Assembly (NCBI GenBank): GCA_002269645.1
Contig: NIVC01000363.1
Location: 588,231-652,230 of the forward strand
DNA length: 64,000 nt
Source of the DNA: Macrostomum lignano
Taxonomy: Eukaryota
Direction of reading: 5' to 3'
The translations under genes and the position numbers were made by a program. Shown here piece after piece: positions 35,201-48,033 of the stretch. The stretch's first letter is position 1, and each line of letters opens with the position of its first letter. The notes beneath the pieces are model-generated. The model had not been told where the DNA came from. It searched no databases and saw only the letters and a list, made by a program, of their open reading frames with translations.

Positions 35201-38200
35201 GTGAGAATATTGTGTCACTGCATCGAACTAAAGCGAGAATATTGTGTCACTGCATCGAACTAAAGCGAGAATATTGTGTCACTGCATCGAACTAAAGCGA
35301 GAATATTGTGTCACTGCATCGAACTAAAAGGAGAATATTGTCACTGCATCGAACTAAAGTGAATATTGTGTCACTGCATCGAACTTAGTGAGAATATTGT
35401 GTCACGGCATGGAATCAAGGTGAGAATATTGTGTCACTGCATCGGATCAGAGTGAAATTGTTGTGTCTCTGCATCGAATATTGAGATTATTATCTGTCAA
35501 TCGAATAAGAGCTAGACTATTCATAGATTTTGCGACTCCTTAGAATATTCCATACTCAAATGTTTTCTGCCGGTCATAAAAAATGACGTTGTTTTTCTGG
35601 ATCTGTCCGATAAGTTTCGCTGTAACCTATAGCCCAGAATAAGGATAGATGCTATGCAAAGTCTATCGCCAAAAGTGTATGACCATTGCCAGGGCAATGA
35701 GTCACTGACGTATACTTATGTAGAACTGACATTTTTAGTAAACTTGCATTACGCACACACGCTCGCTCATGCACTAATTCATTGATTGGGCGCAGTATAT
35801 TAAAGCGCGCCCAGTTTATATTTATTCATCTTCCTTTGCGGCTTGCGAAATTGATTTCCTTTTTGGTGGCGGCGTTTCCCTTCCCCTCTAGCGCTAACTT
35901 TTAGGGGTCAGTTAAGGGCAAAGCGTGTCAGATGCGTCTGTCTGTCTACGACCATTCCGTATCTTCAGCTGTAAGCCTCTTGATAGAGAGTGAACTGTGC
36001 CGTTACCAAAGAGAGCTGAATAAGTGATACTTCCTGTTCTGCCGAATACGTTTCCCTCTTTTTACTACACACTGTATAGACAGGCGCGCTCTCAGAGTTA
36101 TGGTATGGTATGGTGCAACAGCTGACTTGCTTTGACATATGGTTTTCAATTTCTGGAGATGTAGATTTTTTTCTGCTGAAAGAACTAAACTGGTTTCGAG
36201 TTCATAAATGTTGCTATTGAAAACATGTAGATTGTCAAGACGACTATGTGTAGAGTGACAACTGACAAGATGATAATAACTCAGTATATAGTGCCAGAAT
36301 GACCATATGTAGAGTGCCAAGATGATAATACTTCAGTATATAGTGCCAGAATGACCATATGTAGAGTGCCAATATGATAATACTTCAGTATATAGTGCCA
36401 GAATGACCATATGTAGAGTGCCAAGATGATAATACTTCAGTATATAGTGCCAGAATGACCATATGTAGAGTGCCAATATGATAATACTTCAGTATATAGT
36501 GCCAGAATGACCATATGTAGAGTGCCAAGATGATAATACTTCAGTATATAGTGCCAGAATGACCATATGTAGAGTGCCAAGATGATAATACTTCAGTATA
36601 TAGTGCCAGAATGACCATATGTAGAGTGACAAGATGATAATACTTCAGTATATAGTGCCAGAATGACCATATGTAGAGTGCCAATATGATAATACTTCAG
36701 TATATAGTGCCAGAATGACCATATGTAGAGTGCCAATATGATAATACTTCAGTATATAGTGCCAGAATGACCATATGTAGAGTGCCAATATGATAATACT
36801 TCAGTATATAGTGCCAGAATGACCATATGTAGAGTGCCAAGATGATAATACTTCAGTATATAGTGCCAGAATGACCATATGTAGAGTGCCAAGATGATAA
36901 TACTTCAGTATATAGTGCCAGAATGACCATATGTAGAGTGCCAAGATGATAATACTTCAGTATATAGTGCCAGAATGACCATATGTAGAGTGACAAGATG
37001 ATAATACTTCAGTATATAGTGCCAGAATGACCATATGTAGAGTGCCAAGATGATAATACTTCAGTATATAGTGCCAGAATGACCATATGTAGAGTGCCAA
37101 GATGATAATACTTCAGTATATAGTGCCAGAATGACCATATGTAGAGTGCCAATATGATAATACTTCAGTATATAGTGCCAGAATGACCATATGTAGAGTG
37201 CCAAGATGATAATACTTCAGTATATAGTGCCAGAATGACCATATGTAGAGTGCCAATATGATAATACTTCAGTATATAGTGCCAGAATGACCATATGTAG
37301 AGTGCCAAGATGATAATACTTCAGTATATAGTGCCAGAATGACCATATGTAGAGTGCCAATATGATAATACTTCAGTATATAGTGCCAGAATGACCATAT
37401 GTAGAGTGACAAGATGATAATACTTCAGTATATAGTGCCAGAATGACCATATGTAGAGTGCCAAGATGATAATACTTCAGTATATAGTGCCAGAATGACC
37501 ATATGTAGAGTGCCAATATGATAATACTTCAGTATATAGTGCCAGAATGACCATATGTAGAGTGCCAATATGATAATACTTCAGTATATAGTGCCAGAAT
37601 GACCATATGTAGAGTGCCAAGATGATAATACTTCAGTATATAGTGCCAGAATGACCATATGTAGAGTGCCAAGATGATAATACTTCAGTATATAGTGCCA
37701 GAATGACCATATGTAGAGTGCCAATATGATAATACTTTAGTGTGTAGGGCCATAATAACTATATGTAGAGTGCCAAAATCCAAAACAACCATCCGTATGA
37801 AATATTTTAAAACGGAATATTTGATTGCTAAAAAGTCTATGAGCGGCAAAGGCAGGCATTTAAGAACACCAGTGCAAAAAATGAGCTTAAAAGTACCAAA
37901 ATTCGGGATCAGAAAAGCGCCGAAAGTGCTCGAGTTGTCCTGCGTGCACTGCTAATTAAGCTTTATTATCTTTCTTCAATAATCTCTTCAAATCAATTGA
38001 GTCTCCAGACTCAAACTGAAACGTCTGAAAGACCCGCAAAAGAATCTACTAAAAAAGTTCAAAATTGGGTCTTTTTTGATAAAAGAAAATTGTCGTCATT
38101 TTTTGTGGACGCCGGATGTCGCTTGTCGCAGTTTTTCCTTACCGGGGTGACAGGAAGTCGCTGAGTCCATCTAATAAGCGAACATGCAATAGACATGCAA

Positions 38201-41200
38201 AGGCACGCACTCTAAAGCTTTTCTGCTCGTATTATCGCGTGTCTGAACTGCGCAGGGTTCTCCTATGTGTATAACATCATTTTGAGCCTGTGTTATATGA
38301 AGAGTGTTCTTGTCGTTGGACAGACAGACAGTTGACTTCATTTTACGAACTATCCGATAGCTTTTCCTATATAGTCCGCCAGTGCGACTTTGGGCACTGC
38401 AGGTACACTAATTGGGTTTAGTCTTATATAAGTCTGTGTCTCTTTCCTATCTGCTAGGCCCTGTTAACTGTGTTATCATCTGGTTGCTGCTAAAGCCAAT
38501 TTGCTTCTCTTGATTGTGTGTAGTGGGTTGCCCTGATTGTTTATTCGCACATCTCCTTTCTGCTCATATGCTGCAGTTATGATGCAATCTTCATAGAAAT
38601 CAATGATCGCCCCATTAAAAGCATCATAAAAACTCTTTTTTTTCGAATTGTTAATCCCCTTAGTAGTAGTCTCTCCCCTTCTCTTCCTCTCATTTCCCTA
38701 TCTACTCTCCATTTTCCCTTTCACCCCTTCGCCATCTCTACCTTCTGTAAGTCCTGTGACTATGGTGTATCCTTGTGCCTACCTAATTTCTAGCTGGGCT
38801 TGCTTAGTCGTACGTTGACTCAATACTAGGCCTAACATCTCCCAATCTATGTGTAAAGTCGCAATGTCGCGTTTTTATCGTATCCAGAATTTTAGTGCTT
38901 GTGACTATTTGCACTTTAGTAGCTATCGGCATAATTTATTGCTATTATAATTAAACATTGCAATTTCAATTCCGTATAAGCACAGTGTACTGTACTGGCA
39001 TTAGCATGCTGGAAGCTGCTGGAACTTGCGCAAACTGGTTTTAGCTATAAATTTGCTTAGCTAGTAACTGCCTACAGGGATTCATGCTTGAACAGCCTGA
39101 ATAAACCATTGAAGCGGATTGAAGGCATTCTAGAGTTTTAAATTGTTACTCGTAAAGCTCGGAAACTTCTTCCTCGCTCAACCATGAATCTCTAAACATG
39201 AAATCTGGATAGAGGAAACTTGTAGCTCGCTTAACCATGAATCTCTAAACATGAAATCTGGATAGAGGAAACTTGTAGCTCGCTTAACCATGAATCTCTA
39301 AACATGAAATCTGGATAGAGGAAACTTGTAGCTCGCTTAACCATGAATCTCTAAACATGAAATCTGGATAGAGGAAACTTGTAGCTCGCTTAACCATGAA
39401 TCTCTAAACATGAAATCTGGATAGAGGAAACTTGTAGCTCGCTTAACCATGAATCTCTAAACATGAAATCTGGATAGAGGAACCTTCTAGCTCGCCCAAC
39501 CATGGAGCTCTAAACTTGAAATATAGATAGAGGAACCTAGCTCGCTTAACAATGAATCTCTAAATATGAAATCTGGATAGAGGAACCTTCTAGCTCGCCC
39601 AACCATGGAGCTCTAAACTTGAAATATAGATAGAGGAACCTAGCTCGCTTAACAATGAATCTCTAAACATGAAATCTGGATGGAGGAAACTTGTAGCTCG
39701 CCCAACCATGGAGCTCTAAACTTAAAATCTGGATGGAGGAACCTTCTAAGCTCGCTCAACAATGAAGCTCTAAACTTGAAATCTGGACAGGAAACTACTA
39801 GGTACCAAACAATTGTTGAGTTCTACAGCACAAGTCCCCTCCCGTAAACCCACACCGCAGTTACCCAGTACATGCAAGCACTCGGCGACAGTAGCGGCAG
39901 AAGCAGCGGCGGCAGCTTTGATCGCGACGACCTGATGACAATCGACTTCAGCCGGCATTCGGCCATTGAATCCTTTGATCTGTGCCGAGCCAGGTGGCGT
40001 CAGCTGCTGTCGGCAGCCGAGCCAGACGATCCCGAAGCCGACGCGCCGTTGGTTAACGGTGAGCGAACCAAGACCGTCTGCCTAGTGTCTGAACAGCGCG
40101 AACTGCAGCCGGGTCTGTATGTACAGCGCAGCGCCACAGTCAGCAGGACTGTTAGGCAGCCTCAGCAACAAGCCGCTCAGCAGCCGGCTGCTTCATCAAA
40201 TGAATCGGTCGCTGCCGCCACCGCTGCGCAGCTGCCGCCTCATTGCCAGGAAGATCTCAGCGATTTGCTAGTCTGGGACAATGCTAACAGTACCGCTAAT
40301 GCTACTAATAGTAGTACGTCTGGAGACGATTGCATTCTAGTTCGAGGCGGACCATTGGACGCGTTGCTAGTCTATGCCTGTCTGCCTGGCAACGACCGGC
40401 CCCATATTCTGTTCTGCGAGAGTTTCGCCGCCACTTTCCCCTGCTTTGCTAAGCCTGCCGAGCTGCTGGCCAAGATTGTGGAACGGTGCCTGCACTTTAA
40501 GGTGAGTTTCAATAGATTAGCAATCCATTCTATTCCTGCATCAGTGTAATATTGGCTAGATTAGCAATCCATTCTATTCCTGAATCAGTGTGATATTGGA
40601 TAGATTAGCAATCCATTCTATTCCTGAATCAGTGTGATATTTGCTAGATTAGCAATCCATTCTATTTCTGCATCAGTGTGTATTGGCTAGATTAGCAATC
40701 CATTATATTCCTGCATCAGTGTAATATTGGCTAGATTAGCAATCCATTCTATTCCTGAATCAGTGTGATATTTGCTAGATTAGCAATCCATTCTATTTCT
40801 GCATCAGTGTGTATTGGCTAGATTAGCAATCCATTATATTCCTGCATCAGTGTAATATTGGCTAGATTAGCAATCCATTCTATTCCTGAATCAGTGTGAT
40901 ATTGGATAGATTAGCAATCCATTCTATTCCTGAATCAGTGTGATATTGGCTAGATTAGCAATCCATTATATTCCTGAATCAGTGTGATATTGGCTAGATT
41001 AGCAATCCATTCTATTCCTGAATCAGTGTGTATTGGCTAGATTAGCAATCCATTCTATTTCTGCATCAGTGTGTATTGGCTAGATTAGCAATCCATTCTA
41101 TTTCTGCATCAGTGTGTATTGGCTAGATTAGCAATCCATTATATTCCTGAATCAGTGTGATATTGGCTAGATTAGCAATCCATTATATTCCTGCACCAGT

Positions 41201-44200
41201 GTGTGTATTGGCTAGATTAGCAATCCATTCTATTTCTGCATCAGTGTGTATTGTCTAGATTAGCAATCCATTCTATTCCTGCATCAGTTCGTATTGGCTA
41301 GATTAGCAATCCAGTTATAACGCTCTAATAATATCAAACCCCAGACCCAGACCAACAAGGACACCCTGTGGAAGTCGGCTTTTGCTTTCCTAATCCGCGT
41401 GTTGGACGAGTCGACCCAGCAGGACCGGGAGAATCGATTGAACTCATCCAGCACCGGCTCCCACTCAGCCTCCTGCTCGCCATTGATGGAGCAGCTGGCT
41501 AAACTCAAAGAGCGTCTCCTAGCGGACGGTAACCTGGCCGAAGTCCAGATCCTTGGCAGCGCTCTGCACTGCCTTCGCATTCAGCAGCAGCAGCAGCGAG
41601 ACGAAGAAGAGAACGAAAAAGCAAATTCCACTCTGTCATTGTCGACCTCCTTGTCGATAAAACGACGCAACATAGTGGAATTCAGTCCCAGACAGGTGGC
41701 CGAGCAAATTACCTTGATGGATGCCAGGTTGTATAGGAGAATCGATATTCAGGTGAGATTGCTCTACTCCCAAGAGTAGAGTCCAGGTGTGTTAAACCTA
41801 AGGTTATAGTGCCTTAATCCCATAAATGTAGTTTTAATCCCTACAATACAGTGCGGTAATCCCCCAGATTACAGTGTGTTAATCCCTCACAATGTGAGCT
41901 AATCCCTCACGATACAGTGTGTTAATTCCCTGCATACAGTGTGTTAATCCCCAGGATACAGTGTTAATCCCCAGAATACAGTGAGTTAATCCCCAGAATA
42001 CAGTGAGTTAATCCCCAGAATACAGTGTGTTAATCCCCAGAATACAGTGTGCTAATCCCTTAGGATACAGTGAGTTAATCCCCAGAATACAGTGAGTTAA
42101 TCCCCAGAATACATTGTGTTAATCCCCAGAATACAGTGTGCTAATCCCTTAGGATACAGTGAGTTAATCCCCAGAATACAGTGAGTTAATCCCCAGAATA
42201 CATTGTGTTAATCCCCAGAATACAGTGTGCTAATCCCTTAGGATACAGTGTGTTAATCCCCAGAATACAGTGTGTTAATCCCCAGGATACAGTATGTTAA
42301 TCCCCAGAATACAGTGTGTTAATCCCCAGAATACAGTGTGTTAATCCCCAGAATACAGTGTGTTAATCCTCAGAATACAGTGTGTTAATCCCCAGAATAC
42401 AGTGTGTTAATCCCCAGGATACAGTGTTTATCCCCAGAATACAGTGAGTTAATCCCCAGAATACAGTGAGTTAATCCCCAGAATACATTGTGTTAATCCC
42501 CAGAATACAGTGTGCTAATCCCTTAGGATACAGTGTGTTAATCCCCAGAATACAGTGTGTTAATCCCCAGGATACAGTGTGTTAATCCCCAGAATACAGT
42601 GTGTTAATCCCCAGAATACAGTGTGTTAATCCCCAGATTACAGTGTGCTAATCCCCAGAATACAGTGTGTTAATCCCCAGAATACAGTGTGTTAATCCCC
42701 AGGATACAGTGTGTTAATCCCCAGAATACAGTGTGTTAATCCCCAGGATACAGTGTGTTAATCCCCAGAATACAGTGTGTTAATCCCCAGAATACAGTGT
42801 GTTAATCCCCAGAATACAGTGTGTTAATCCCCAGGATACAGTGTGTTAATCCCCAGGATACAGTGTGTTAATCCCCAGAATACAGTGTGTTAATCCCCAG
42901 AATACAGTGTGTTAATCCCCAGAATACAGTGTGTTAATCCCCAGAATACAGTGTGTTAATCCCCAGGATACAGTGTGTTAATCCCCAGGATACAGTGTGT
43001 TAATCCCCAGAATACAGTGTGTTAATCCCCAGAATACAGTGTGTTAATCCCCAGAATACAGTGTGTTAATCCCCAGAATACAGTGTGTTAATCCCCAGGA
43101 TACAGTGTGTTAATCCCCAGGATACAGTGTGTTAATCCCCAGAATACAGTGAGTTAATCCCCAGAATACAGTGTGCTAATCCCCAGAATACAGTGTGTTA
43201 ATCCCCAGAATACAGTGTGTTAATCCCCAGGATACAGTGTTAATCCCCTCTGTAATCCCCGATCCCCCAGGAGTACCTGGCCTTCGTGCGCGCCAGATCC
43301 GGGGAGCAGTTTGTTAATCTGCAGGCGTTTATAAACTTTTTCAATCGCCTCGGCTTCTGGGCGAAGACGCTGGTGCTGGGCCGGCCAGCCGATCGAATGC
43401 GCGACCGGCAGCGCTTCATGAGCTTCTTCTGCAAAGTGTCCGAAGAGCTGCGGCGGCATCACAATTTCAATTCTCACCTGGCTATTGTGCTGTGTCTGGT
43501 TAGCCTGGATCGCCTGCCGTGGCCTGGTGAGATACTACTCATGAGTGATGTGTCAGTAGTAGCAATTTGCAATAAATAAAAGTACACCCCACTCAACCGC
43601 AGGCCGCTCAGTTCGCCGCAAGCTGAAGGACTTCACCAGCAAGCTGGCCAACCAGTCCGCATTTGCGCGGGAATACTTTCGCAATATGAGCACTACGGAG
43701 CCACCGCTGGTGCCTCACGTTGGCGAGGTGCTGAAATATCTGACCAGAATTCACGAGGGCGTCATTGGCAACGACGAGATCCGACAATTGCCGGCCAGTT
43801 ATCCGGTGGAGCGGGCACGGGCTGTTGGGCCAGTGATCAACTATTGGAAGTACTGGATGTCCTATAACTGCTTGGACTTTTGCATCAAATTCAAGCGCTA
43901 CTCGGCCAATTCTATGTAAGTGATTTTAACAGTATGTGCCTAAGAAATAACTCAAGCTGCTGTTAGGATTCGAACCCGTGACCGTCGAAATTAGAGATTA
44001 TGATTAGAGATTAGAGATGTTTGTCATGTCGTAGTAAATAATCTAGAAAAATGTTTTGCCTGTACCGGGATTCCAACGTGCGACCTACCGGTTAACAGAA
44101 TCGCTCGTTACACCACTGGGCTAAATCTCGTCACGTGACTTATAGTAATTTATCGGCATTTTATGTGCAAACTACGTAATAATTATTTACTCTAGAAAAT

Positions 44201-44628
44201 AATTTGCCTATACCGGGATTCGAACCTGCGACCTACGGGTTAACAGAATCGCTCGTTACATCACTGGGCTAAATCTCGTCCCGTAGCTATAAATAACTCT
44301 CATAAATAACAATCTGCCCCATAATTATTGTATTTCGCCTCTTCTGGGATTCGAACTTGGGACCGCCTGAATGGCAGATCAATCTGTTCAGTGTTCAACC
44401 ATTTAGCTCCAAGGTTACCCGCCATTTTTGGATCTGTATATCTTTATATTATGCACGAACTCGCGAACTTAACCAACTACCTGTGACCAACAAACCAGGT
44501 ACTACGAATTCCAAAGCAACCCGGAGATCCTAGCTAGCATCGACAACTTCAATGAGGCCCTCGACGAACAGCAACTGGCTGAACTCGAGACAACCATACG
44601 GCACAAGTACAGTCAGCGGCCTAAGTAG
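26251..44628 (+). CDS. RAPGEF1: C3G/RAPGEF1-like Rap guanine-nucleotide exchange factor. Exons 26251-26307, 26389-26567, 26937-27114, (29923-29966?), 30425-31120, 39861-40501, ~41351-41752, 43271-43526, 43603-43915, 44499-44628.
   Basis: C3G-like N-terminal helical region (ILATLTYLK) and PPPLPPR SH3 ligand. REM domain (VRGGPLDALLVYA, FCESFAATF). CDC25 domain (FSPRQVAEQITLMDA, HHNFNSHLAIV, PPLVPHVG). Junctions from 31120 onward are all phase-compatible; the 27114-30425 connection is unresolved. Confidence 0.8.
26640..26870. repeat. Inverted copy of the 28-bp minisatellite at 5160-5680, in GEF intron 2
   Basis: GGCCAGCCTCCCAGATCCTCAGTTGCTG units. Confidence 0.9.
27185..27320 (+). mobile_element. 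Degenerate copy of the SINE body found at 55921-56283
   Basis: Shares CAGCCACATTCATTTGGG ~ CAGTCACATTAATTTGGG and GGAGTCAGTGAAATGGGCAGAATTGCCTC ~ GGAGTCGGCGGAATGGGCAGTAATGCCTC. Confidence 0.6.
27598..27667 (-). mobile_element. tRNA-like (SINE head / pseudo-tRNA) sequence
   Basis: A-box-like TAGTTCAGTAGC and B-box GGTTCGATTCC; no intact cloverleaf. Confidence 0.5.
28245..29210. repeat. C-rich composite tandem repeat (CCTATCCCGCTACCCCCTACCCACTAC)
   Basis: Tandem C-runs; G-rich on the minus strand. Confidence 0.9.
29990..30340. repeat. 21-bp minisatellite (GATTTCGGGATTCCAGATGGG)
   Basis: 7-aa periodic ORFs. Confidence 0.92.
31190..32470. repeat. 24-bp minisatellite (CTCACTAAGAATCGCCCCTGAACC)
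   Basis: 8-aa periodic ORFs. Confidence 0.95.
32990..34110. repeat. 33-bp minisatellite (GATCTAGGGTGAGATTTCCGTGTCTCTGCATTT)
   Basis: 11-aa periodic ORFs. Confidence 0.93.
34905..35480. repeat. 32/33-bp minisatellite (GAGAATATTGTGTCACTGCATCGAACTAAAGC)
   Basis: Tandem copies, two variants. Confidence 0.92.
36255..37770. repeat. 52-bp near-perfect tandem array (~29 copies)
   Basis: Period 52 (36309, 36361); variants GCCAAG/GCCAAT/GACAAG. Confidence 0.97.
39170..39790. repeat. 53-bp minisatellite (CTCGCTTAACCATGAATCTCTAAACATGAAATCTGGATAGAGGAAACTTGTAG)
   Basis: Period 53 (39226, 39279). Confidence 0.95.
40510..41310. repeat. 42/44-bp minisatellite (AGATTAGCAATCCATTCTATTCCTGAATCAGTGTGATATTGGCT)
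   Basis: Fills the intron 40502-41350 almost end to end. Confidence 0.95.
41800..43255. repeat. 22-bp minisatellite (AATCCCCAGAATACAGTGTGTT)
   Basis: Fills the intron 41753-43270 up to the acceptor. Confidence 0.97.
43958..44412 (-). other. Cluster of 3-4 degenerate tRNA-like units (two Asn-GTT-like) in the last GEF intron
   Basis: 44058-44127 and 44206-44275 are near-duplicates with A-box TAGCCCAGTG, CTGTTAA loop and B-box GGTTCGAATCC; acceptor stems do not pair. Confidence 0.65.
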
Positions 44629-45444
44629 TAAAAAGTCTCATTTTTACTCGTTCTGGATGATACAGTAACATTCTTTTCATACTACTTTTTTATTGAGTAG
44701 CAAGCATCGATCTTATAACGCTAGATCTAGGTCATTTTACTTGCTAGTCTTTAGCTTAGAAATCAGTGTTTTATTTTTAACGCAATATACCAATTTACGG
44801 AGACAACTATCTCTTTGCTTTACTTTAAGTAGCTTTATATACTCGTATATAAAGTTAGCTCCACAACATTTTTTTTTAATTTTTAAGTCTTGGTTTTTTA
44901 TTTCTCTTGCCTACAAATTATGATTTTTATTCTAAGTTTAAATGGCTCGAATCTCTAAGAGAAACAATAGTGTTTAAATTATCAATCTATATTTATCGAA
45001 TTACTCGTAGTAGTGTATGTAGTTCAACGTTTCTCATTTTTGTCCTCTTCTTTAAAACGGAATTCCTAGTGAAACTGCGTTCCCTATACTAAAAAGTTAA
45101 AATGGCTCAAATTAAATTTGTAAATTGTTTTGTTATTTGTGTATATAAATATGCGATATATTTATTTATTTTGTTGTATTTCATGTAGTCTGATGTCCTA
45201 GCTGCCTAGTTCACATGTATAGTTTAAACATTTGCTTAATACCTATTGTATCTATTAATACGCTGCTTTGACTTTTCACTTGTGCTAAGGCCCAATTTTG
45301 ACGCAATAAATTTATATTTGAGTTGGCTGAGATTTATGAGCTTAGCCCTACACAGCACTCTTGACGCTATTTGTAGTAAAAAGCAACTGGCTATGGTGCA
45401 GAAGTTCTGCTTTCATTTTTTATTTAAAAGTTTTCATAGTTATT

Positions 45445-45990
45445 AAATTGAGTCATAGACTATCCGTGAGCTAGAGTTGTTCATCTGTCTGCTTGGCAGA
45501 TTGAGTCATAAACTATCCGTGAGCTAGAGTTGTTTATCTGTCTGCTTGGCAGATTGAGTCATAGACTATCCGTGAGCTAGAGTTGTTCATCTGTCTGCTT
45601 GGCAGATTGAGTCATAGACTATCCGTGAGCTAGAGTTGTTCATCTGTCTGCTTGGCAGATTGAGTCATAGACTATCCGTGAGCTAGAGTTGTTTATCTGT
45701 CTGCTTGGCAGATTGAGTCATAGACTATCCGTGAGCTAGAGTTGTTTATCTGTCTGCTTGGCAGATTGAGTCATAGACTATCCGTGAGCTAGAGTTGTTC
45801 ATCTGTTTGCTTGGCAGATTGAGTCATAGACTATCCGTGAGCTAGAGTTGTTCATCTGTTTGCTTGGTAGATTGAGTCATAGACTATCCGTGAGCTAGAG
45901 TTGTTTATCTGTCTGCTTGGCAGATTGAGTCATAGACTATCCGTGAGCTAGAGTTGTTTATCTGTCTGCTTGGCACATTGAGTCATACAA
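45445..45990. repeat. 53-bp minisatellite (GATTGAGTCATAGACTATCCGTGAGCTAGAGTTGTTCATCTGTCTGCTTGGCA), ~10 copies
   Basis: Period 53 (45499, 45552). Confidence 0.95.
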
Positions 45991-46394
45991 GCGTAGACTT
46001 CTGTCTGATGACAAGGCCAACATGATTGATTTCCCAATAGATTTTTTTATTTACGCATGTGTCAAAAAATTTCATTTGTAAGGTTGTCATGCAGTTTTGC
46101 ATATAAATTGAGAAAACTTTTACATGTACGTAGTACGAATTGTACTTCGTCCATTTTTTCCTCTGGATCCAGCAGAACGGCTGCACAATGGGACTAGAAC
46201 TTTCGGCTTAATTATCCTGCCTAATAAACTTTCGGCTTCTGTTTTCGAATCGTACTCGATCCACTTGGGATTTTTGAGAGGCCGGGGCGTCTATCGCATC
46301 GAATTGTAGAGTGGGAGAGTGTGACTTCGAATTCTTCTGAGTTCAGTGTGAGCAGACTTTTTTAGATTTTTATATACATTTCGATGTATTTCCA

Positions 46395-46452
46395 TACACT
46401 AGATAGATAGATGTTGGTAGATAGATAGATAGATAGATGGATAGATAGATAA

Positions 46453-46523
<71 letters not shown>
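46395..46523. repeat. (GATA)n microsatellite
   Basis: Direct reading; interrupted by the mariner insertion. Confidence 0.97.
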
Positions 46524-47492
46524 CTTCGGGTGTGTCATAAGTAATGTCACTGATGTGAAAACAGACGAACTTGCAATCGCAGATGAACAAAACTGTACCA
46601 CTCAACAACATAGAGTCCCCCAATATCAATCACCCTCTGGCAATGCTCATACAGCTTGTCCACCTCAGCCTGCAGGTGTTTTTCCTCCAACTGCCATAAC
46701 CAGTGCAACGCAGCCTGTTTTACCTCTTCATGGTTTGCGAAACTCTTCTTGGAAAAGTCAGCCTTCAGCCATTTGAACAGGAATCTCTTGCACAAGTTGA
46801 AGTCCGGGCTGTAGGGACTGTCAGAGCAGATTCACTCGCCGTGCAGGCAGAAAATTCGAAACAGCCTTCAGGTGTGCAGCCGTGCGGTGTCCATCTGCCA
46901 CAGAACCTCGTCCAGGTGACATGGATTTGACCGGAGATTGCACCAGAGGTCCCCAGTGTGCCGGAAAAAGTCGATAAAATACTGGCCATCGACCTTGATG
47001 TTCGGTGGAGTTGTGCAGATGGAGACTCGTTTGTTTGGCGTGAAGGCTACCAGCAGCATGGTCTTCTTGTCCGAGATGGACTTCCTAGTCACCATCGGCC
47101 TGAAGTCCCCAGCTCCCAACCAGCAGCGATTATCTGCCTTGCTGCCTTTGCCATCCAGGTGGAGCCAGCTTTCATCCTCAGCAACCAGGCAGTTTAGGAT
47201 GTCATTCAAGCCCCGGCTGCTAAACACCTTGCGGATCTGCTTGGTGCAGGCGTCATGTCGAGATTCATGGTGATTTTTGTTCACTGCATAAATGATTTTT
47301 CATCGCGTTGCACTTGCTAAATCTGCTTGGCGTATTCTTGCGATAGCTTGGGCCATAAACAACCTATGCACGTCTCAAATGCACTGCTATTGCTTCACTA
47401 AGTATACTTTGCAGCTACACTACCCACAAGTCCATGTGCCTACATATTTTAGACAGAGGCCTGCAGTGACATTACTTATGACACACCCGAAG
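46524..47492 (-). mobile_element. Internally deleted, inactive mariner (Tc1/mariner) transposon, 969 bp
   Basis: Perfect 29-bp TIRs (CTTCGGGTGTGTCATAAGTAATGTCACTG) with TA TSDs. Transposase motifs AEDESW, WQMDTARLH and PYSPDFNLCK. Two in-frame stops; third catalytic D replaced by K; no N-terminal HTH. Confidence 0.95.
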
Positions 47493-47914
47493 TAGATAGA
47501 TAGACATCATACAATCTAAGGTCAGGAGTGAATGCATACTTAATGTGGTGGTTGTCCAACTGTGTGTTGAGATAAAAAGCAGCGCATTCGCAATATCATG
47601 CATCGCCCATATCGGGCTGCCTCTGCGAGCTATGCATGTGGATGATTTAGCTGCTAAATGCGCTTCACAAAACTGGGATCCCTCACTCTCGGGACTTCTC
47701 TTCGGTTGGTTTTTGGCTGAATTTTTCGAATGCGCCCTCTGTTTCAGCTCAACTCCATTCCTCCCAGATGCATGGTGGAGCATATAGATGGGAAGCAAGT
47801 GCTCACTGGACTTATACGAATATGGGAGCGACGAATGAGCACTGTTTTCTAAAACCCAAAATTGGGAAATCTTCCATGGCGTGTTTTGACCAATTAAAAT
47901 TCAAGACCCTAGTC

Positions 47915-47921
47915 TATAAAA
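47915..47921 (+). promoter_or_regulatory. TATA box upstream of the Cys/His-rich gene; MRE-consensus TGCGCCC at 47731-47737
   Basis: TATAAAA ~115 nt before the ATG; a single MRE match is weak on its own. Confidence 0.5.
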
Positions 47922-48033
47922 GCGATCGAGGATATCAGAAGACGACTGCCATGCGTCTATAAGATCGCATTCTCGAGCTCTCGAATTCAAATTTTCTGGC
48001 TATCTATTATTGTTTCAACAAGTCTCCGTGAGG

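Noticed and set aside
36255-37770. CRISPR-like regular array (also the 53-bp arrays at 39170 and 45445)
   Set aside because: Units are contiguous with no unique spacers, there are no cas genes, and the context is eukaryotic introns
44058-44275. Functional tRNA-Asn genes
   Set aside because: Acceptor stems do not pair and D-arms are degenerate; kept as tRNA-like only
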